A stretch of 64,000 nt of DNA from Chrysemys picta bellii (taxonomy: Eukaryota). The stretch lies in the NCBI RefSeq assembly GCF_011386835.1, contig NC_088797.1:34038001-34102000 (forward strand). The letters are read 5' to 3'. Positions 54,950 through 64,000 of the stretch are shown here, piece by piece. The position numbers were made by a program, and so were the translations under genes. Every line of letters starts with the position of its first letter. Positions within the stretch are counted from its first letter, which is position 1. The notes under the pieces were generated by a model. It was not told the DNA's origin. It ran no database searches and saw only the letters and a list, made by a program, of their open reading frames with translations.

Positions 54950-57844
54950 TCAGGCCAGGAACACCACAAAGATGATGAAAAAGACGATGAGGATGAGGAA
55001 GATCTTGACCATGAGCCAGCGGTTGGAGGTAACTGACTGGAAGTATTTGAGGATCTCGGAATGCGCGGCCTCCACATTCAGCTGGGCGTCCTCCACGTTG
55101 GCATCAATCCTGTGGTGGGGAGAGGGGAAACAATTGACTGATGGGGCCTCTGGACTCCCCCACCACCAGGCCTAGCCCCAGAGGATGAGCTCCAGGCTCT
55201 GGGTGTGACAGAGATTAAGCTTGCCCCCAGGGCCAACGTGGGTGAGTTACAGATGGCCACTGTTCTGTGTGGGGAACTGGTTCCAAGCCTCAGGAATGGG
55301 GGATGAGCCCCCCACTAGGGCTGCAGGGAAGGGAGCAGGAAGCTGTCCAGCCATGCCTATGAAGTTGGTACCTCTGGATGGTCTCCTCTTGCTCTTTCAC
55401 CATGTGCGCCAGCTGCTGGAAGATGGAGCCCAGCTCCACAATGGTGGATTCAATGTTCTGCATGGTGTCCGCCCGGCTCTGGATATACGAATCCTATAGA
55501 GGGGAAGGGGAGTCAGTGCCTGGGGCAGCCCTCATCCCCCCCCATCCTGTCTCTGGAACAGTCCTCCCCATTTCCCCGCACCAGCACCTGTTCGTCAATC
55601 AGCTGCAGCTGCTGGCTCGTCCGGTTGTCCATGTCAATGGCCACGTCCCCCGCCCGCCGTGGTTCATCCTGCAGCATCGCGGAGCCACCTGCAGAGAGAA
55701 GCCAGTGCAGTCAGGGCTGTCAGAGACTGGGGAGCCCCGCAGCCAAGCTCCAGGCCTCCAGACTCCAGGCTCCCAGAGGAGGAAGGCCAGCCCTGCCTCC
55801 ACACAGGAAGTTACCTACTGGTCTCCCTTCCCTAGAAGATGACACCTATGCCCCCCTCAGGGTGCGCCAGCCCCCTCCCCCAAGCATTCTCCCAAGACAA
55901 GGGACTCTGGACTCACCCAGGTTGCTGGCAGTAAGGGGCATCGGGGTGCGGGAGAAGTGCTCACGCCGGCTCCGCTGTTGCTTCAGGTTCTAGGGGAGCA
56001 AGGAGAGATCGGAGCTGGGGTTAGATGGGGGCAGGCAAGGTCTCGGCATGCTAGTTCTCCCATGGAGGGAGGGGAACAGGGGACGCACTCAGATCTTACC
56101 TCTGTTCTCACCTCCAGCACTGACTTGAAGTCATTGGACATTGAGGCCAGTTTGGACTGAAAGGGAGGAAGTGAAAGGTCAAAAGGCAACTGGGAGCAGG
56201 GCCCTGACTCAACTATACCCACCCCAGCTCAAAACCACAGCCCCCTCCACAATCCATTCCCCCTCCACCGGCTCAGAGCCACCCCATTTCCCTCATCAGC
56301 TGCGAACGCCGCCCATTCCCATGCCTGTCTCTAGCAGATCTACTCCCCCTCACCTGCAGCGACACCACAATGGTGTTGGAGTGGGTCTGCACGTGCCGCC
56401 CGCTCTGGCTGCCCTTGGCCCGCACGAAGTCCTGCAGCTGGGCAATCTGCTTGTTCAGGCTGTTGATGTCCTGGGGGAGGGAAATTGGTCCACTCTCAGT
56501 TGAGGCCCACACCCCAACCCGATCCCAGCTGCCCTTTGGCTCCCACCCAGCTGGGGCTGCTGTTCACAGGGCCTTTCGTTCCTGCCCACCCCACCTCCCA
56601 AATAAAGAGGCCATCTCTGTCTCAGCCACCAGGAGATGCAAGCCTAGATCCTTCTAACCTGTTTGATGATGTACGTCAGCTCCTCTATCTCCACCGCCTT
56701 GTCGTCAAACAGGGACTTCCGCTTGGCCACTGGGGACAGAGAGGCGGTTCAAGGGGTGTCCTATGTGAGGCCAACTCACCTGGCAGGCAGTGGGGCGGGG
56801 GACAGCCCCAAGGCCAGCTCATAGGAGTCTCGGCTTATTCCCTCCACCACAAGTGCCCTGCTTTATCATGGCCCCCAGGATCAGAGCTAACAGCCCCTCA
56901 CACATGCAGGTGCAGCACCCATTACCCTCCCTCGCTGCTCCTCAGCGGCCCCATAGCCCATTCCAGCTGAGTGAGACAAGTCTGTGTCTCCTGTTCACAG
57001 TGGCTATAAAGAGGCGAGAAGCCATGTTAACCCCCAGTGCCATCAGCAGCCCTTCCATGTGTGAGCCCACACCCCCAGGCAGCCCCCTCCTACTCTCCCT
57101 CTCCCCCCACTCACAGATGGTCAGCTTCTCCAGCTTGGCAAAGGTGTTGCTGAGATCTTTCCCGATGCGCCTGGATGGAGGCAGAACAGGAGACCAGAGT
57201 TCAGGGTGGGGTAGGGTCTGTGCTCCCCTAGTTGGGGCCTGCTCACTAAACACACCAGCAGGGCACTCCCTCCTTACCCCAGCCCTGACCTCCAGGACAA
57301 CCCCCTCTCACCCCCATTCTAGGCCAGGCAGCCTGTCTCACCATCCCACAAGATTCCTTCCTTGCTCATTGATCCTGAGCCAGCACCACATACTCCCGGT
57401 TAACCAGCTGCTCAGCCCCCTCCCCAAGCCTTGGCTGACCCAGCCCTAGTCCAAGACCAGGTCGCTCCAGCCCCACTCACTTGGCTATGACGGTGAATTC
57501 GCTCCTCTGGCGCATGGCGTTCAGAGCGGGTTTGTTCAGCTGCAGCCCATTCTGAAAGGAGAAAGAGAGACTGAACTCAGGTGTTCTGGGGCTGAGCGTC
57601 TCCCATACTAGCAAGGAGTGGGCCTGATGCCCCACAGGAAACGAGGTCTCACCTGTCTGCTCTGCAAGGACTTGCAGGCGGAGAGGAACTCCTGGGTGCG
57701 ATCGCGACACGACATGGTGTCTGGGAATGACAGGGAGGAGGCGACAGTGGTGGCAGCAGGCGGGGGCAGCTCCTGTATCTGCGAAGGTCCCAGATAAACG
57801 CCCTGATCCGTGTTCTTAGAGCCGTGGCGTTTTCTCGTATTCAT
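54950..57844 (-). CDS. STX5: Syntaxin-5 (long isoform 339 aa; short isoform 296 aa from the ATG at 57715)
   Basis: Coding exons 57844-57653, 57551-57481, 57170-57115, 56729-56659, 56470-56354, 56156-56100, 55989-55917, 55688-55588, 55493-55372, 55109-54950; 1020 nt. MNTRKRHGSKNTDQGVYLG, MSCRDRTQEF, SNARE motif and C-terminal TM helix (LIVFFIIFVVFLA). Confidence 0.96.
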
Positions 57845-59110
57845 TGAGGCTCATAACCTGGCGCTAGGGAGAGGGGCAGCCATGGGCTGAGGGGCTTGGT
57901 TAATGGCAGAGAACCAACACCCCCTCACCTGTCCCCATTAACCCTTTGTCCCATCCTCACTCCTCAGCACACTCACTGTCACATCATCTCCTCTGGTCCA
58001 TTCATCTCTCACTGCAGCAAGGCAGTCAGGCAACTCCAAGGCACCCCTGCCTGCCCATCCAGGAGCAGCCCCTGACACAAGATCCAGACAGGGGTCCAGG
58101 CTCCTATGAGCTCAGAGGGGGATGTAAAAGGCTTCCCCAGCAGAAGCCCCCCAGACGTATCAATGCTATCCTGCCCCAAGTTTCAGTGAGGGCCAGTCCC
58201 CATGTGAGCAGCCCCAGTCAAACAATATGACACTGGGTGACAGAGACAGGCAGGGATGGTGGCAACAGAAGCCAGTGTCAGGATCAGGCCATTAGGATTA
58301 GAGTTCCATACAAGCAGAGGCAGGAAGGGGGCAGAACTGGGGGCCGGGCTCCCCAACAGAACCCAGAGTAAATAAATACTGAAGGCACTTGGGTCCCTGT
58401 CCATATGTTGGGGTAGTCAATTATTTTCTGTCGAGGTCCAAATTTCTTGGTCAAACTATAGTCAAGTCCAGATTCCAGAGACACATTTTTCACACCGCAA
58501 TAAAAACAACAGGTAAATAAAAAGATTTCGGGGTCTGTTCTAAAGTGTCTGGTGGTCCAGATTTGGCCCACAGTCTTGCCTATTAACTACCCCTGTGCAC
58601 CCCGGTGCTTCAGCCCACTTGGTGAGAGCTGCCCCACAGCCCCTTCTGCATACCACTCAGTGTCGCTAACCCCATTAAACAGAGAAGGGAAGGGAAGCGC
58701 AGAGCGGCGGCGGCGGGGGGAAGCGACTTCCACAAAACAGCAAATAACGGCTAGGTGGCAGAGCCAGAGAGAGCTCCCAGGAGTCCTGGCTCCCAGCCCC
58801 CCGCCCGCACCCACTGGGCCCCAGAGCAGGGTGCCTGGGCGGGGGCTCCGAGCGGGGAACTCCGGGGGGTGGGAGGAGCAGGGAGAAGTCACGCGGTAAG
58901 GATCAGCCGGGGCAGACGGCCAGGGGGCAGAGGAACCTTTGGGGAGCACTGAGAGGGGAACCCCGGGGGCTCCTTGGGGAGCACAGAGCGGGGGAGGGGG
59001 ACCCCGGGGGCCCCTGGAAGGGACGCGCAGGGGCGGGGGCTGCCCCATCTGGGCCCAACCCTGCCCGGGGCAAGGGGACTTGGGGGCCCCGGTCCCGCCC
59101 CCCGACTCAC

Positions 59111-59260
59111 CGAGACGCAGATCTACCTCTGGTTGTTACAACCTAGACCCCACCGGCCGGGTACAACGTCACTGCCACGTACGCCTCACGTAACGCGTCA
59201 GCGCGCCACGCCGAGACGTGCCACGCCCCCTCCCCGAGGAGCGGCTTCTTAAAGGGGCCG
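59111..59260 (-). promoter_or_regulatory. STX5 non-coding exon 1 and CpG promoter
   Basis: Donor GTGAGT at 59110-59105; clustered ACGT-core motifs including rc ACGTGGC at 59174-59180, TGACGT at 59166-59171 and further CCACG and ACGTG copies. Confidence 0.6.
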
Positions 59261-59969
59261 CGATTGTCATCAACAGGTTCTGACCCCTAGTAAGTCCGGT
59301 GGGGCGGGGAGCTCGCGCGGGTCGCCCCAGGGGACCAGCCCCTAGCTGCAGGTTTAGCGCGCGGCCCCTTCTGCCCGCCTGCCACCTCCTGGGTGGGGCC
59401 ACACACGACACGGGACCCCTCCGACCCCCCTATACCCAGCCCCCCACAGCCCGGGGACCTCCGAAACTGCCCGTGCAGAACTGCTTTCCCCCCCACACAC
59501 ACGCTCCGCAGGTGTCCAGGGAGCCCACACCCTGCCATGGGGCACTGCCACCCATCCCATGCAATGCCCTGCCCAGGGACACTGGGGCCCGTCTCCACCC
59601 CCTGCCTGGGTGCAGTAAGCCCAGCACAGAAGCAGCTGTGAAAGTTATGTTTATTCCCCCTCTCTGTTAGCAGCAGGGCAGCCGTCTAGGATGGAGGATT
59701 TTCCCCAGTGGCCTTGGCCTCCTTGGGACTGCTCTCCAGGCCAGAATCGCTGGCCCCAGGCAGCGTGGTGGCAGACGTCGTGCTCTTGGTGCTCCTTGTG
59801 GAATCACGCCGGCTACCAAAGATGGAGACACGTCTCCAGATGACCCGGATGTTGAGGCTCTCAGATGAATGCACCTCAGAGGTTGGGTCCACGATCCGCA
59901 GTTGCTGCTTGCACCTAGGCCTGAGCTTGCTGTCTGCAATGGAGGAGCGTAGGCTATCAGCATGTTGAC

Positions 59970-60110
59970 TTTCACTCTATGCATCCGAAGAAGTGAGGTT
60001 TTTACTCACGAAAGCTTATGCCCAAATAAATCTGTTAGTCTTTAAGGTGCCACCAGACTCCTTGTTGTTTTTGTAGATACAGACTAACACGGCTACCCCC
60101 TGATACTTGA
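59970..60110. mobile_element. Short Penelope-like (Neptune-type) retroelement terminal fragment
   Basis: GCATCCGAAGAAGTG...CACGAAAGCTTATGCCCAAATAAATCTGTTAGTCTTTAAGGTGCCAC...GATACAGACTAACACGGCTACCCC resembles the recalled turtle Penelope terminus; flanked by 12-bp direct repeats CAGCATGTTGAC at 59958-59969 and 60111-60122. Confidence 0.75.
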
Positions 60111-60129
60111 CAGCATGTTGACCAGACTA

Positions 60130-63100
60130 CACGCCTACCCCAGGCCTCACCCATCCTTCCTTTTTGTTGGAATTATTTATGCAGGATATTGTCATGACAC
60201 TGATTTAACCATAAATTCCTTTATTGAATCCAAAGGCCAAATGGTATTTATACAATTGCTCTAAACATGCCTACAAAGCCTAAATAATAAGCAATTTACC
60301 ACATCCAGACAATAACAAAACATTTATAAGCATTTGATCATGATACTTACAAATGAGCTAAACCCCAGGGGTACTTAGACCCACATTGGTTGGCTCCAAC
60401 GTGGCCAGGCAGTTATTAGCAATTAATTCATTGAGTTAACTTTTTTCTACCCTTTAACAAATAAGTGATGTCTGTGCCAGGTATTGACTTCAGCTAAAAA
60501 AACAATTGGAGACAGGTCACCCTTATTCCCAGTCTTAATCCAGATAAGATTACAAGCTTCTTTCTACTCTAGGTCTTTCCTCTCTATCTGTCCCCTCCTT
60601 CCTGCTGTCCAACAGTTTTTCCTTTGGACCGGGGTTCACATGGGCCCTAATTTTTGCAATAACACTGGTGTGTGGGGTGGGAAGGGCCATGTTGGCTCAC
60701 TGTAAAACAGATTTTCTTTGTCTGATTTAAAACCATCTGCAGTTACCCGTATTAGTCCGAGGCCTTCTCTTCAGAAATGTCTCCTTATTTCATTAGTTAT
60801 TCTTTGAACCAGAGATGCTCCCTACTTCATGCCTTCTGGCCCTATAACTAATTACTTTCAAGGCCATTCTTTACCACACATATTTCTTCAGCCAAACGTA
60901 AGCTAACTTGAATTCTCTATTTTTTTTATTTATTCTACATTCCCCACTTCGAAACCCTACATACTATGTGGGTTTTACTCCATTAAGCATTTCAAAATAC
61001 TTCTACAATTTTATACAACTGCCAAGCTTTGCAATATAGAATTAACAGAATAATCACCATAATAACACTAGTAATTACCAAAATATTAAATGACCACCAT
61101 TACTATACGGATGTAGTCCCACATTATAAGCTTGCTCTGCCATTACCAGCATAGTTGCTTCACCAACTTCCCAACAGCATCTCAGCTGTACTGTGCAATT
61201 TGGAGACTGCTCCCCCAGAGTGAATTTACATGCTGGCAACTGTCAGTAAGACATGACACCTGCCCATGTAAGTGTCCTCCAGATGCAAACAGCAGTCCAG
61301 GTCTGGGGCTTTCCAGACCTTGTAATTGCCATGCAACACCATATGTGTTGTAGAGCTTTCCAGTACTTCCACTGGTAACTCTGGCCAAGGCTTTTTTCCC
61401 CCACAAACTTCATGGTATTGGACTCTTGTTCCTTTCTTACCCTGCACCAATGAGGATTACCTCCCTTGTACCTAACATTTAGTTTTCTGTGGTCATAAAA
61501 GAGGGCAACCTTCTTTGTTCTGTCATTTAAGGATGCTTTTACTTTATATAGCATGTATTTACAATGTACTATGCATGTTATTGCTTTTGCTTTTTACCTT
61601 TCATGATAGCAATTTAATTTTACCTTGTGCATTTCCAAAAAAAAAAAAATACGTCATGCTTATAAAACAATTCAATGCTTTTTATCAATAAATTCTTTGC
61701 TTTGTTCATTTTTAAGATACAATAAAATGTTAGCTAGATGCTAACTCTTGTTGAAAACACTCCCTCATTTAATCATAGAACTGGAAGGGACCTTGAGAGG
61801 TCATCTAGTCCGGTCCCCTGCACTCGTGGCAGGACTAATTATCTAGACCATTCCTGACAGGTGTCTGTCTAACCTGCTCTTAAAAATCTCCAATGATGGA
61901 GATTCCACAACCTCCTTAGGCAATTTATTCCAGTGTTTAACCACCCTAACAGTTAGGAAGTTTGTCCTAATGTCAAACCTAAACCTCACATGCTGCAATT
62001 TAAACCCAATGCTTCTTGCCCTATCTTCAGAGATTAAGAAAAACACATTTTCTTCCTCCTTGTAACCACCTTGTATGTACTTGAAAACTGTTATCATGTC
62101 CCCTCTCAGTCTTCTCTTTTCCAGACTAAACAAACCCCATTTTTTCAATCTTCCCTCATAGGTCCTGTTTTCTAGATCTTTAATCATTTTTGTTGCTCTT
62201 CTCTGTACTTTCACCAATTTGTCCACATTCTTCCTGAAATGTGGTGCCCAGAACTGGACACAATACTTCAGTTGAGGCCTAATCAGCACAGAGTAGAGCA
62301 GAAGAATAACTTCTCGTGCCTTGCTTACAACACTCCTGCTAATACATCCCAGAATGCTCTTTGCTTTTTTTTTTTTTTTTTTTGCAACAGCGTTACACTG
62401 TTGACTCATATTTAGCTTGTGGTCCACTATGACCCTCAGATCCCTTTCCGCAGTACTCCTTCCTAGGCAGTCATTTCCCATTTTGTATGTGTGCAACTGA
62501 TTGTTCCTTCCTAAATGGATGCAATCCTTCTGCGGCTAGCTTCTGTTAAAATGCTTGGAGTATGTCAGCTTGGTTTCAATGTGACATACCAGTCCCAAAT
62601 AGTTTAGCTTCTATGCCAATTTTTGGCAGGTTTAAGCATTTTAAAGTTTAAATCTTTGTCCATAAAGTCCTTTTGATGGTATTTAACCATTTTTGACCAA
62701 ATTACAGAGACTGCAAATGAGTGAAATTCAATAAAGTTGGTGCATGAATAAGCTAACCATTATTATACAGTATCTCCTTAATGGATTTAACCCTAAACCA
62801 TTATTTGGATTTGTTTTAATTTTAAGGGATTTTAATCTTGTATTCAATTAGCTTTAGTAGAAATATTCTTTTTCCATTTATAAAACACTGCCATGTAGGT
62901 TTTCACTCCCTTAATAATATTTACTTTACACCACAGTTAAACAAAACTTTTGGACAGATTTTTAATGGTTAAGCTCCGTTTCTTATATTCACTGATCTTC
63001 CTTGGTTCTGGGTTGGCTTCTGTTTCCAAAGTACACAGGCATCTGAAAAAGAAAACACAACCTATTCTGGCTCCTCTTTGGAGCTTTTATAGGATTTTAT

Positions 63101-63540
63101 TGAAATAAATCATTTATGTTTCTTTTATCCCTTTTACAGTATACACTGCATATTCCATGGGGAAATGCACGTTCCTTCCATACTTTAACTTCAATTTTTT
63201 ATTTGCTATAACATTATATTAGCCATATATGAATTTTCATGTGAAGTGTAACGGTTTTGTGTTTACAGAATTTCCATGTACTCTTATCAAAGTGACTGAT
63301 TACTCAGAGCCACCTTAAGGCTCCCTGTTCCTACATTGTTTCTCTTGTACTCCTTTCTGCTGCTGTTGCCCCAGAGGTGCACTGTCTCTTCATTCTTCCC
63401 CTGCAGTTCTTTTACCTGCTGTTTTATTACTGCAATAGGATCAGGGTGTCTCCCCACTAGCCAGGTTCTGGCCACCCCTACCACATCCTCTAGCCCTTAT
63501 TTAAAAGGATCTTTAACTTTATAAAAGCATTGAGGTATCC
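60130..63540 (-). mobile_element. Highly decayed LTR-retroelement (ERV/Gypsy) pol-like region
   Basis: AT-rich block with many stops. Minus-strand translations give RNase-H-like GVAWQLQGLESPRPGLLFAS...SKLIMW and integrase-like KYPW...SNAYKCFVIV...IPFGL in the expected order. Confidence 0.45.
61771..62519 (-). mobile_element. Relatively young 5'-truncated CR1 LINE inserted in the decayed element
   Basis: Uninterrupted 217-aa ORF 61843-62496 (RPQLKYCVQFWAPHFRKNVDKLVKVQRRATKMIK...HWNKLPKEVVESPSLEIFKSRLD) and CR1 3' UTR ending TTCTATGATT. Confidence 0.92.
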
Positions 63541-64000
63541 AAAGGTTTAAATGCTAAATAGCAAAGCCAAATAACACTAGCTTCGTTAACACACCTGTGT
63601 TTTGGCAAAAAAAATGTTTGTTTTGCAACTTTGAATGAAAGATTCAAACAGATTTTTAGTGAAATCTTTTAAAAACCAACTCATTTTAAACCATACAAAA
63701 TAGGGTTCTACAAACCAGGAGTGTTGGTTTAAGGCCTTAAAAGCTTACATAATTACACAAATTTATTTCCATTTTTTAAAAAACATTTTTGCTTAACTCT
63801 CCTTGCACTGCTCTAATTATTTTTACACAACCGTACCCCAATTACATTCCCTACTGGTAAATTTGGAGGCAGTCGAGTTCCAGTGGAACCCCCTTATTTC
63901 TATTTAGTGATTTTGACTAAATTGTCCATAGTCAAATTATTCAAATCAGATTGTCTCTGCCTGCAGCAGTCATGTACAATTGATTATTTACAGACTATTC

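Noticed and set aside
57900-64000. WDR74, U2 snRNA copy or SNHG1 snoRNA cluster expected from human synteny
   Set aside because: No WD40 exons, U2 sequence or box C/D cassettes were recognised in this window.

Overview
GC-rich vertebrate genomic DNA with introns. The repeat content (CR1 3' ends, a Penelope-type fragment, tRNA-headed SINE arrays, hAT MITEs) suggests a turtle; this is inference. By manual splice-site and phase reconstruction the gene order is: ACTN3 exon 1 (-), ZDHHC24 (+, 3 exons), CATSPER1 (-, 11 coding exons), an intact protein kinase D family gene (+, 18 exons), TMEM223 (-, 2 exons), NXF1 (-, 21 exons), STX5 (-, 10 coding exons plus non-coding exon 1), then an AT-rich decayed retroelement region. 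These neighbours map to human 11q12.3-q13.2. Highlights: (1) an NXF1 intron-10 autoregulatory module with a retroviral-type CTE hairpin, a read-through short-NXF1 ORF and a candidate stop-containing micro-exon; (2) a PKD gene at the 11q12-13 position where a fourth 2R ohnolog (PRKD4, absent from mammals) is expected, head-to-head with (3) a CATSPER1 that appears to lack the long His-rich N-terminus; (4) an out-of-frame uORF over the STX5 long-isoform AUG; (5) a 720-bp two-monomer VNTR between ACTN3 and ZDHHC24. Gene names come from recalled protein sequences and synteny; no database search was run.
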